Source of the DNA: Podarcis muralis
Lineage: Eukaryota
DNA: 64,000 nucleotides
Direction of reading: 5' to 3'
Assembly (NCBI RefSeq): GCF_964188315.1
Contig: NC_135655.1
Coordinates: 82,522,001 to 82,586,000, forward strand
A program made the position numbers and the translations under genes. Below, piece after piece: positions 46,633-57,760 of the stretch (its first letter is position 1; every line of letters starts with the position of its first letter). The notes under the pieces were generated by a model that did not search any database, had not been told where the DNA came from, and saw only the letters and a list, made by a program, of their open reading frames with translations.

Positions 46633-46858
46633 CAGTGCTTCCTCAGGTTACAGATGCTTCAGGTTATAGACTCCGCTTACTCAGAAATAGTACCTCGGGT
46701 TAAGAACTTTGATTCTGGATGAGAACAGAAATTGCAAGGTGACAGCGCAGCGGAAGCAGGAGGCGCCATTAGCTAAAGTGGTGCTTCAGGTTAAGAACAG
46801 TTTCAGGTTAAGAACGGACCTCCAGAATGAATTAAGTTCTTAACCTGAGGTACCAGTG
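46633..46858 (+). mobile_element. Tc1/mariner-type MITE (CAGTGGTACCT family)
   Basis: TA TSD; empty sites TACAGTATAAAGTCCC in paralogs near 34731 and 39736. Confidence 0.88.
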
Positions 46859-46989
46859 TATAAAGTCCCTTCTTACTGATAAGGGATTCAAGATTGTGAC
46901 ATGGATATTTGCCCATCACCCACTGATATCATGAGATCTGATGTCTGATCTTCAGCTCTTTGAATGAATACAGTTTGCCTATCACTAAA

Positions 46990-47375
46990 AAATGGCACTA
47001 CCTACCTAAAATGTTTGACTGCCTAAGTCTGCCAGTACAATAAAGCATCTACTTGCCTTCCTTGCTTTCCTTGTAAGTAAGAGTCTTTCCACAGTAAGAG
47101 AGGGCAATGTGAAGAATTTATGTCTCATCAGGAGAATGATGTCATGCCTCTTCTGAACTAAAATTCAATAAACATTGCCTCTGACTTGAGTCAAAGGGGC
47201 AAAGTACCGTATTATTTTTCCTTTGGCACAGCAGTGTGGGTGAGTGGTATTGAGACAAAGTGTCTATATTGGGACGAAAGTCTCTGAGGAATCCGGCAGT
47301 CCCTGAGTTGAAGTCTCAGAAGTGTGCAAATTCATTCTGCCAAAAGGTATTTTAAATGCAATGGCCCTGATCCAT
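46990..47375 (-). promoter_or_regulatory. Conserved upstream block for OR C
   Basis: ACTTGC at 47051-47056; GTCTCTGAGGA; TCCCTGAG. Confidence 0.5.
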
Positions 47376-47469
47376 GGAAGATGGGTTGTGCCCAAGTTCT
47401 CTTTGCTTTCAAAGGGACTCACACAGCTACTTTTCTCAGGAGAACAAAGTCTCTTCAAAGCAATTATTT

Positions 47470-47542
47470 GTTTTAATTTATTTTTAATTTTGTTGGAAGC
47501 CACACAGAGTGGAAACCCAGCTAGATGGGCGGGGTATAAATC

Positions 47543-47596
<54 letters not shown>
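47470..47596 (+). mobile_element. L2 3' end with (ATT)n tail (paralog of 40378)
   Basis: Same junction TTATTTGCTTATTTCA with the half-OR. Confidence 0.8.
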
Positions 47597-47597
<1 letters not shown>

Positions 47598-47600
47598 TGC

Positions 47601-48013
47601 TTATTTCATTATGTTTGTGTAGCATGATGGACTGCAGATAGCAACATACCGGTCATATGCTATCACTGCTATCAATAAAATGTGAGTGCCCACCACAGCA
47701 ATCAGAAATAAGAGTTCTAGCATACAACCAACAAATGGTATTGCCTTGTCCTCTGACAAGAAGACCTGGTGCATCTTTGACACAGTGACAGTTGGACAAA
47801 GGACATCTAAAAAAGATTAATTACTGAGGAAGAGATGCATGGGGGTCTGGAGGTGAACATCTGTCCCTTTGGCCAAGAGAACTGCCCCATTCCCTACCAG
47901 GGTAATCAAGTAGGTCAGCAGAATTGCCACTAAGAGGGAGATTTTCACTTCCGAAGATCAGGCAGCTCGGTGAGGTAAAAATCTTTTGCTTCTGTGATAT
48001 CGTCTTTCTCCAT
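47601..48013 (-). pseudogene. OR pseudogene, 5' half only (duplicate of 40537-40948)
   Basis: Same truncation at YTNIMK; [11 protein letters not shown] retained. Confidence 0.92.
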
Positions 48014-48362
48014 CTTCCTGCCAATCAGGTCAACTGGGATATCTAAAATACAGTGGAAACAGAGTAAATTTGTTTAAAGTTTAACTACTTAACAATATAT
48101 TATTGATTACCTATCTGACTTTTATTTACATTCAGTTTGATTCATTTGTGTCTCCACACACCCCTCATCCACCCGTGGCTACCAGCTGGGCCGGAGGGGA
48201 CTGGCAACTGAGTGGGAGTTCATATGTACTTCTCAGTGTGCAATAAGCTAGAATTAATATACCAAAGCTCTACCATGAGCCACTGAGAAAAGGAAATGCC
48301 ATCTTATCAACAATCTTATCAATAATCAATTTAGAAATGTGAAATACAAAATTTAGGCCGTA

Positions 48363-48580
48363 CAGTGGTACCTTGGGTTAAGAACTTAATTCATTCTGGA
48401 GGTCCATTCTTAACCTGAAACTGTTCTTAACCTGAGACACCACTTTAGCTAATGGGGCCTCCTGCTGCCACCGCCGTATGATTTCTGTTCTCATCCTGAA
48501 GCAAATTTCTTTACCTAAGGTACTATTTCTGGGTTAGCGGAGTCTGTAACCTGAAGCGTCTGTAACCCGAGGTACCACTG
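48363..48580 (-). mobile_element. Tc1/mariner-type MITE (CAGTGGTACCT family)
   Basis: TA TSD; empty site TTTAGGCCATATTAGGC near 41315. Confidence 0.9.
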
Positions 48581-49494
48581 TATTAGGCATCAAACAAAAA
48601 CCAGACCTTTGATTGATTAACTGTGTCCTTCCCCTCTTCTTAAAGCTTTTCCCCCTACATACGCCGTGGGCTCTTGTGTGTGGATAGTACCATTATGGCT
48701 ACATGAAGACTCGGAGAATGAATTTGCTCTTAGTATATACAGTATTACTAAGAGGAGGAGCAATTTCTCAGTACTTTAAATCATTATTGGATTTAATTTA
48801 TGTTTCAATTGGAATCATTATTAGTGGAATGGAATAAAAAGTGATGGAGGGATGTAACACATATATTATGAATCAGATCAGTGTCAGTTTGCTGCAAATA
48901 CAACTTTATAAACCTTCAGATGCAAATTCTTTTTTCAGCTTTTTAATCAGAAATTTCCATCAGGCATTTCCAAGTTTTATAATGAGATAATTCAGAATAG
49001 TAGTCTTGCTAAAACCAGTAAAACTGAGACTATTTGCATTTGACATATATGAACATTGCCTTCCAAAATTAAAGATTCTATTAAATTTTATGGTAAGACA
49101 GTTCTTTGCCAAAGCTGACATACTTTAATAAAACTAAATAGATTTAAAACATGCATAATGACAACAACATATTGCAAAGATACTTGGTGAGATTCAATTA
49201 AGTTGTTGTGTGCAGAGAATGAAGTCCACTCATGACACATCTCCTTCCACCTTGTGCCCCCAGTAATCCCTCAGTCTGCTGTAGAGGGTTGGGAGGCCAC
49301 CCAGAAGAATCTAGAAATTGTGGTTTGCGCTGTTAAATATCCAGCTATTAGAAAGTCTGAAAGCGGCAAAGAAGATGGTATCTCAAATAGCTTGCCAGGA
49401 TTGATCTTCCTGTTATCAACACACAGATGGAACCAGCATTAGTCAGCAAAATCAATATCAACTTCAACATGCCGATGCCTTCAGTATGTGTAGA

Positions 49495-50000
49495 TGTCAG
49501 GGAGTGTTGATAACAAATGAGTGTAGTGAATTAACTAGAAGATTTATTGCAAAAACAGAGTTCACTGGAGCGGCGATTACAGCTGTCCATCTATAAATCA
49601 AAGATGTCCCTTCTAAGGAGGGTGCTTCCAGCGAGACCAGAAACAGCCAAACTTCTTCTTGTGACGCATTCTGTCTTGCAGACCCCCCTTATGCCCCTGG
49701 ACCTTGGACTAAGGGGGTCAGCTCCCACCCCTTCCTCATTCTCTGAAACAGTACTTCCGTGGTCCTTCACGCTCTCTGAGCTGCTTCCGTTACTAGCCCC
49801 TGCAATTTGTCCTTCACTAGTACGCCGCCAAGCTGCCAGCTGACCTTCTGCAACTCTGCTATCAGCTGACATTCCTAAGGGTGGGGGAGTTGACTCTCGG
49901 CTATAATCATCCTGTCTTGCAGTTAACTCTCTCTTCCTGGTTACGTCCTTCACTGGGAGCTGGCTGCAAACTTTCCCTGGGGGCTGGCTCATGCATTACA
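49495..50000 (-). mobile_element. Solo LTR, 506 bp (duplicate of 36051-36556)
   Basis: Same termini and same imperfect TSD GTAGA/GTTGA. Confidence 0.85.
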
Positions 50001-50494
50001 GTTGATGAGGGCTAAGGAGCCTTTCTTAGCCTTAAGTACCAACCTTTGCCATTAGTTTACACTCTTTGCTTTTTTGTTAATCTCCAAGCCCAACTCAAAC
50101 ATAAGAGCTGATGCTTTTCACCTAACTATCTAGGAATCCATGGTTGCCCAAGAGACTTCGCCTGTCTCTGTAGAAGAAAATTTCTTGTGGAACAATACAC
50201 TCACACACCTTGCATTTTACGCTTGGCTTTCCATCATTCCTATGCTGAGGAGATTTCCATGTCACCACCATCAACCCCAACAGACCTCATCCTTGCAGAA
50301 TCAGGAAATGCATTAAACTCTCTCAAGTCCACCCCTCCCTCTCCTTCCCCTGCCTTCTGCTTTGAAGCCCCATGAAGTCCCCTTCTCTTGGGGAAACGTG
50401 TTCTCTTCCTTGTCTGTTGTCTCACTGTAAAATCTCAATTCCCCCTTTCCTCACTATCCATACCCTCCTGCTGCAAAAGGGTGACTGCCCAAAG

Positions 50495-50736
50495 AGTTTG
50501 GATTTGATATCCCGCTTTATCACTACCCAAAGGAGTCGCAAAGTGGCTAACAATCTCCTCTCCCTTTCTCCCCCACAACAAACACTGTGAGGTGAGTGGG
50601 AGTGGGGCTGAGAGACTTCAGAGAAGTGTGACTAGCCCAAGGTCACCCAGCAGCTGTATGTGGAGGAGCGGGGAATCGAACCCGGTTCACCAGATTACGA
50701 GTCCACTGCTCTTAACCACTACACCCCACTGGCTCT
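50495..50736 (-). mobile_element. CORE/MIR-related tRNA SINE (Squam3-like)
   Basis: Reverse complement of 13776-14024; CAAAG on both flanks; absent from paralogs near 37045 and 44270. Confidence 0.85.
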
Positions 50737-51244
50737 CAAAGTCTCTAACCTGCATTCTTGTTATTTTTGCCTTAAAACCTTCTCAGGGCCCCACTCTTGA
50801 ACGCCCCTGTTTCCTCTGACTATCTCTGTTTCTCTTCTGCAAGCAAACAAGTCTAGTCACCCACCCACCCTGGTTCTAAAAGAACTTTCACTCCTTGAGC
50901 CAACAACCTCTTTCTCTGCCTTCCTTCACCACACCCGTGTTTTCAAATGAGTATCTCGGAAAACTTTTAAGAATAACTCTCCTATTGGTTTTAAACTTTT
51001 CTAAATTCAACCTAGTATTAGAGTGGTGTTTATTATTTTGGTTAATTTTTTAGTAACTGTGCTAATTTCCTTTTGCGGCCATAAGCTAGTTGTAATAAAA
51101 TTTACTTCTGATTTTTCTCTGCTGTCTGTGTTAACCCTTGGGGTACTAGACTCTTGTGTGCTTCCAGGTCTCAACATGAAAAGATCCCTAGATTTGAGTG
51201 TCAGATTGCATGTGAGAATTGCAGGCTTGTGTCCAAACTGCATA

Positions 51245-51349
51245 CGGTATTTACTCAAATCTAATGCGCCATCGAATCTAATGCGCACCTTAATTTTCGC
51301 AACATAATTTGGCCCAAAAGAAGTGTGCATTAGATTTCAGTAAATATGG
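51245..51349. mobile_element. Short Tigger/pogo-like MITE (paralog of 37323)
   Basis: CGGTATTTACTCAAATCTAATGCGC / GTGCATTAGATTTCAGTAAATATGG. Confidence 0.65.
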
Positions 51350-51389
51350 TCCTTCATAACAGGTCATTAAATGATAGTCTCCCAGTACA

Positions 51390-51445
51390 GGAAGGAAGGA
51401 AGGAAGGAAGGAAGGAAGGAAGGAAGGAAGGAAGGAAGGAAGGAA
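51390..51445. repeat. (GGAA)14 microsatellite
   Basis: Counted directly. Confidence 0.97.
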
Positions 51446-51525
51446 TACTGAGTGACTTTCAGCTTATAAGTACAATGTATTTGAAGGACAGTATTCAAGG
51501 ACAGGGATGATTGAACCCAATAACT

Positions 51526-52461
51526 TCATGAAAAACTTTTCAGGTGAAATGCCTTGACCAAGGCCCTCTTAACATCCTTATTCCTCAGACTGTAGATCAT
51601 AGGGTTTAGCATAGGAGTAACGATCCCATACAACATGGAAACAATTCTGTCCTGTTTGGGCGAATAGCTGGAGGTGGGGCGAACATAGGTGGCAATGGTG
51701 GTCCCATAAAACAGGAAAACTACAGTCAGGTGGGAACCACAGGTGGAAAAGGCTTTGCGCCTTCCCTCAGCAGAGCGCATGCGCAGGATAGTAGAGATGA
51801 TATAGACATAAGAGATCAGAGTGACCAGGAAAGCACCACCTCCTAAAATGCCAGCCACAAGAAGGAGAACCAGTTCTGGGAGGTAGGTAGAGGAGCAAGA
51901 GGCAGCCATTAGTGGTGGGATATCGCAGTAATATTGGTTAATTTTGTAGGGCTCACAGAAGGATAATGTAAAGGTCAATGAGGTATGAATCATGGAATTG
52001 ATGAAGCCGGTTAGCCAGGTCCCTGCAGTCAGTTGAACACACAGCCTTTTCGTCATGATGTTTGTGTAGTGCAAGGGACTGCAGATAGCCACGTAGCGGT
52101 CATACGCCATCACTGAGAGCAAGAAGATTTCGGTGCCCACAGCATCAATCAGAAAGAAGAGTTGTAATACACAGCCCACAAATGATATTGTCTTGTTCTC
52201 CGACATAAAGACCTGGAGCATCTTTGGCACAGTCACTGTGGGGCAAAGGACATCCAGGAAAGACAGGCTGCTGATAAAGAAGTACATGGGGGTCTGGAGG
52301 TGACTATCTGTTGCTATTGCTGTGAGAATTGCCCCATTTCCTGCCAGAGTGATCAAGTAGGTCAACAGAATCACCACAAAGAGGGTGATTCGCACTTCTG
52401 GGAGATCAGAGAGTTCAGTGAAGTAAAAGTCTTTTGCCTCTGTGGTGTTGTCTTTCTGCAT
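51526..52461 (-). CDS. Olfactory receptor D, 311 aa
   Basis: Intact OR motifs; start MQKDNTT at 52461 aligns with paralog starts; acceptor at 52495-52496. Confidence 0.95.
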   Translation of the reverse strand: MQKDNTTEAKDFYFTELSDLPEVRITLFVVILLTYLITLAGNGAILTAIATDSHLQTPMYFFISSLSFLDVLCPTVTVPKMLQVFMSENKTISFVGCVLQLFFLIDAVGTEIFLLSVMAYDRYVAICSPLHYTNIMTKRLCVQLTAGTWLTGFINSMIHTSLTFTLSFCEPYKINQYYCDIPPLMAASCSSTYLPELVLLLVAGILGGGAFLVTLISYVYIISTILRMRSAEGRRKAFSTCGSHLTVVFLFYGTTIATYVRPTSSYSPKQDRIVSMLYGIVTPMLNPMIYSLRNKDVKRALVKAFHLKSFS

Positions 52462-52970
52462 TGTCCTCCTAATCAAACTGGTCAGCTAGAATGTCTAAAA
52501 TACAAAGAAAACAAAGCAAAAAATTTATAAGTACAAATGTTGGTTGAAGGACAATATACAATTGTTTAAGCATCTGACTTTTAATCGTAGATGGCCTGAT
52601 CCTGTTTGTTTCTGATGAATATCTCTCCCGCACATGTGGCCAAAACCTGTATATAGATTCCTTTGGTCAACAGAAAAAGCTTTGAAACCATTTTGAAATT
52701 AAGAATAAAGAAAACCTCATAAAATATAAAATTGAACACAAAATGGGAAAGCATGAGAGACAGCACTATAATCTCTTTTCAAAACCATTCAAGTCTTAAC
52801 CACAATATTACTGTCAGAAGTTACCATAGAAAGAATCATTTTCTTGTACCTACTAGGAGAGGGAGGCAGGCATAGTGGCCAACCCTGGCAAGGTGGAGGG
52901 GAGTGTCTTTCCCCCAGTTTCCCTCTCCTTTCCAGTTTTTTTTAAATGAATTTTTGATTAATTGACTGAC

Positions 52971-53420
52971 GGATTGGCTTGGATTGGATTGGATTGGATT
53001 GGATTGGATTGGATTGGCTTTCTATCCAGCCTCTCCTCCAAGAAGCTCAAGTTGACATACACAGTTTTTCTTCTCCCCATCTTCTCCTCACAATCCTGTG
53101 AGGTAGATTAGGTTAAGAGACAGTGACTGGCCCAACACCACCCAACTAGTGGTGGAGCTTCATGCTCTGGCACCAAGGAGCGGAGAGCTGGCAGGGGCAG
53201 GGATGGTGCGCATCCTGGAGGCGTGGCACACGTCCTGGGGGCGTGGCGCACCACCTGCAGGGGCATGGCGCGTGTCCTGGGGGCGGTGCGTTCCCCACTG
53301 GGATCGCGCTGCTGGGGGTGGTGCGCTCCCCCTGCACTCTTCTTCCTCCGCCAGTGCACCCAACGAGCTTCCTGGCTAAGTGGGGGATTGAATCCTGGTC
53401 GCCCAGCACTCTGATCACCC
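52971..53420 (-). mobile_element. Old CORE-type SINE with (AATCC)n tail, interrupted by a hAT MITE
   Basis: CCTGTGAGGTAG..GTGACTGGCCCAA..GGGATTGAATCCTGG; (GGATT)7 at 52981-53015. Confidence 0.6.
53147..53356. mobile_element. hAT MITE, 210 bp, GC-rich
   Basis: 8-bp TSD CACCCAAC (53139-53146, 53357-53364); degenerate TIR TAGTGGTGGAG / CTCCGCCAGTG. Confidence 0.85.
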
Positions 53421-54229
53421 CACCGTATGATGCATGCCAACATCAGGGCTGTGTACCCTCCCCCACCTCTGCTACATTCTAGGGGCTTGTCAAGGGAATG
53501 AGAGGGCTCTGGATCAAATGGTTGCAAAACCTCCTCTCACCATCCCCAGCACAACCCTGGAACACTGGAGGCAGGGCAAAAAGCAGCAGCAGATCTTAAC
53601 ACTGATGCTGCAGGAAAACCTCCCTCATCAGATCTTCCTCTCCTATGGCGGACCTCTGTCTCCACCCATGGAAAGGAAGATCTGCAGAATCGTATGGCCT
53701 CAGGTCAGGCACCCCAAAGACTACAGGATTGCAGTCGTAATCGAAACGCCCTACCCCTCAAAATTATACTGCATATACTGCAGTGCACACATTGCATTAA
53801 TCCTGGATTAAATAATCCTGTTCAAAATATTAAGGAGTACCAGAATGATGGGTGGTAGTTAAACAGTAAAGCCTAGGAAACATTATATAGTACATGTTAA
53901 AAGAAGGAGATTAAGAACTTATCAAACCAAGAAAATGTGCTTATTGGCATATAACAACATTACTCTCCAAGTTTATATTTATCACTTAATAACAGGCATT
54001 TGTATGGCAAGACATTTATCTGCCAAAGCTGCAAAACAGTTTATTAAGAGTAAATGGATTTCAAACTTACCTAATGACAATATATTGCAAAGATGCTATA
54101 GGGTTGTTTTTTTTTTTCAAAACAATCACTAAACCTAAGGTATACATTTCCACATAGAAACTCAACTAAGATTATGGCTTCCGATCTCTTATATTTAGTT
54201 CACTGAATGAATATAATATGCCCATAACT

Positions 54230-54590
54230 GAAAAACAACACTATAGACCTAAAGTGTTTTGACTGCCTAAGATTGGAGACCCGGTAAACTGCATCCACGA
54301 GCCTTCCTTGCTTTCCTTGTGAACTGTAGAACCACAGCAACAAACAAGACAGTGAAGAATTTATGTGGAGTCAAGAAAAATGTTGTCACACAGCAATCTG
54401 AAGTAATGCCTAAGAAGCATTGCCTCTGTCAGAAGGACAACATCTCCCCCCGCCCAACTTTGCCACAGAGGTGGAGCGGGGGCGGAGGGGAGATGGCATA
54501 AACTCTATATTGGGACACGGGTCTCGGAGGAATGCTGCAGTTGCTGACTTGAAATCTCAGTTGTGCAAAAGCTCATTGGGCCAAATCCTG
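54230..54590 (-). promoter_or_regulatory. Diverged copy of the conserved upstream block for OR D
   Basis: GACCTAAAGTGTTTTGACTGCCTAAG...TATTGGGAC..GTCTCGGAGGA; GC donor degenerate (AAG|GCTCGT). Confidence 0.4.
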
Positions 54591-55398
54591 TTTGCCAACA
54601 CACAAGAAAGAAAACTCGAGAAAAACATTACCACGGGTAAACAGATTATATTGATTAAATATACCAAAGTAGAGGATCTGCAAACCAACCTAGTTCAATC
54701 CGACTAAGCAAATCAAATACACCCAGCTGGGCAAGTGAATTGCAATATATGGGTGGGATTCTATCCTTCCCAGCTCCTGGGCATATTCAGAGTCACTTGC
54801 TGTGGACATACAGAAATGTTTGGAAAGAATCCTCCCTCTCTGCTGCAAACATATTGATGTTCAGACTATGACCCTGCCAGTAGGAACCCCACCCCACCCG
54901 AAGGACATCCCAAGGTATAACCTGTGAAAGATGACTGAAGAGTGCCCTCAACCCAATAATGTCTTAGATATTAAAGCAAGCATGCCTTAATTCCTCTCAC
55001 CTCCCCATACCAAATGCCACAGGAGGTGATCAGCTCCCATTTGTTCATTTCCAGGGAAACACACAAGAGCTCAAACAGAGAGCTCTTTGCAGATCCTCCA
55101 AGAACATGTTCTGACCTGAAAGATGAACCCCATCACCCTTAAATAACTTCCATGCGATTATCAGGGACTGGGCAGAGGAGGAGGATGTCGGCATGCAGAG
55201 GGTCGCAAGGCCAGCTGGCTAGCCCCAGCTGGGTCATCTCCTTCCAGCCGTCCCACTGCAAAGACCCATCGGCCTCTGGTCCCCATCACCCTGGGTCCCC
55301 AGCGACCCAGGCTTCAAAAAGCCAGAGCACACCATATCAGCAGAGCGAACTGCGCACACAGAATAGGCATGAGGCTTGTGGAAGCATACTACAACTAT

Positions 55399-56658
55399 GG
55401 ATTTATTTATTTATTTTTAACATAATTTTCATTGAATTTTCCATATTTCATTTCATTTCATAATACATATCCAGAGCTTACATTATTACTCAAAAAGAGC
55501 AGCGACCTCCTTCCCTCCCACTTTTCTGACTTTCCTATACCTTTAACATATTTATCACATTTCCATAATCACTTCTTTACCTTATATAATCATTTAAAAA
55601 TCACACTCTCATTTGTAAATTAGCTCTTTCTTTCCTCATTACCAACTCCACAAATTCTACCATTTTTATCTGCCAGTCATCTAGGGTGGGGAGTTCTTGC
55701 TGTTTCCATCTCTGGGCCAGGAGGATTCTTACTGCCGTTGTGGCATACATCAATAAGTTTACATCTTTTTTGTGGATTTCCTCATCAGTTAACCCTAATA
55801 AGAATACTTCTGGTTTTTTACTGAAATTATATTTCAATACCTTTTTAAATTCATTATAGATAATGTCCCAGAAGGTTTTAACTTAAGGGCAAGTCCACCA
55901 CATACGTAGGAAGTTTCCTTCCTTCTCCCTACATTTCCAACATGATTTATCCTGGCCTCTATACATTTTGGCAAGTTTACTTGGTGTGATGTACCAACGA
56001 TACATCATCTTCATTAGATTTTCTTTAAGTGCCACACACGCTGTGAATTTGATTGTTTTATTCCACATTACCTCCCACCTCTCAAAATCGATGTTATGTG
56101 CCAGATCCTTTGCCCATCTTGCAAGTTGACCGTATTCTTCTATCTTTTCCATTGCTTCAATTGCACTGTTTGTTGGTTGTTCCAGCGTCAACACTACGTC
56201 ATCTGCAAAGGCTTTATATTTATACTCTTTGGAGCCAATTTCAATACCCTTTATTCCTTTTGTTTCATCCATTTTTTTCAACAAAACTTCTAAAGTTGTT
56301 ATGAATAATAGTGTCGATAACGGACACCCCTGCCTCGTCCCCTTCATTATCTCAATTCTTTCCGTAAGAGTATTATTAATTACAAGTGTAGCATATTGTT
56401 CAGAATAGATAGATTTAATTCCATTTATAAATTTCATTCCCATATCCTTGATTTCTAAATGCCTTTTCATGAAGTGCCAAGAAACATTATCAAATGCCTT
56501 CTCAGCATCCAGGAACATTAACACCGCTTGTTTATCCCTTCTGACATCCAAGAGTTCGATTATGTCAATGATGTTTCTAACATTATCTTTCAGTTGACAG
56601 CCAGGCACAAAGCTGGTTTGATTTTTCCCAATTCTCTCTCCTAATATTTGTTTATATC
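55399..56658 (-). mobile_element. L1-clade LINE ORF2 fragment with RT motifs, internal deletion and 3' tail
   Basis: FLDAEKAFD, GTRQGCPLS, YKAFADDVVL, CWKC..WWTC in ORF 55883-56608; (TAAA)n tail near 55400. Confidence 0.92.
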
Positions 56659-57020
56659 TGTCAGATAACTGCCATCGGCTCAGGGGCGAGAGGGGAAAAG
56701 GCGGATGGATTACAGCGAGCCCCCAAAGATCGTGGGAAGCAGCACTTCCTCAGCAGAGGAAGGAAGCCACGCCTCTAGAGGGGAGGAGATGCAGGGTTCG
56801 GAGGATGCAAGGCGGTGCCAGGACACCTTGCCTGAGCAAAGCGGGGAGGAGGGAGGTCCCCCGTTACCCAAGCCTTCCTTGCACAGTAGGCTTTCGCACA
56901 GAGAGGGGAGGCGCAGAATGGGGGTTAAGAAACTACTTTGCTGGGGAAGATTTAAGGACCGCCCACTCTCAGATTCTGCCAGTGAATGAGCAAGACATGG
57001 AATAGAGGCGCTCTGCATCA
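56659..57020 (+). mobile_element. Probable partial LTR (Gypsy-like), GC-rich
   Basis: Starts TGTCAGATAACTGCC exactly where the L1 fragment stops; no matching 3' end or TSD found. Confidence 0.35.
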
Positions 57021-57143
57021 AATGACACAGTGCACACACACCATTTGAATGGGAATGCCCATCAACTTTGTGGGGGTCTGGCCCCCTCAAATATTTTATT
57101 ATGGGGGCCAAAGCCCCCACTGCCCCTAGGAGTTGACTCTTAT

Positions 57144-57760
57144 GTGCTCTGGTAACCTTTAGGCTAGATTACTGCAATGTGTTATATATGAGGCTGCCTC
57201 TGAAGACAGTTCTGAAACTTCAGCTCCTGCAGTGTTCAGTGGCCAGAGGCCAGGTTGCTCGCCAGGACAATATGGTTTGAACATATAACACCAATCCTGT
57301 CCTGATTGCACTGCCTGCTAATGGGCTCAAATCAAAGTGCTGGTTTTGACCTATACAGCCTTAAATGGCTCAGGACTGTAATACCTCAAGGACTGCCTCT
57401 CCCCATATGAACCAACCTGGACCTGAGATCATCATCTGAGGTCCTTCTTTGTGTGCCTCCTCCACAAGATGTCTTGAGGGTGGCAACTGAGAATGGGCCT
57501 TTTCTGTGGTGGCTCCCCGTTTGTGGAATACTCTCTCCAGGGAGAGTAGATATTGTTAGGTGCCAGGTGAAAACATTCCTCTTCTCCCAAACTTTCTCCC
57601 AAACCTTTGGCTAATTAGACTATTAAACCTATTAAACTGTGAGAGGTATTGTTTAGTTTGTTATTGTGCTATGTATTTTTGTATTTTTATACTGTAAACC
57701 ACAATGTGATTCACAGATGAAGGAAAGTATAGAAATTTAATTAATAAATAATAAATAAAT
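57144..57760 (+). mobile_element. Older L2 subfamily 3' fragment
   Basis: CTAGATTACTGCAATG (LDYCN), AAAGTGCTGGTTTTGACCTAT, (TAAA)n tail. Confidence 0.75.

Larger units (their letters stand above)
32100..52500 (-). repeat. Tandem array of ~7 kb OR-containing units with internal deletions and insertions
   Basis: Repeated order 3' flank - OR - upstream block - L2 tail/half-OR - spacer; for example 36600-37080, 43810-44320 and 50040-50790 are paralogous. Confidence 0.92.

Noticed and set aside
29979-48013. Complementary 5' and 3' half-ORs acting as a split receptor
   Set aside because: Both halves are frameshifted, the 3' half has no promoter or start, and TM4 is missing from both
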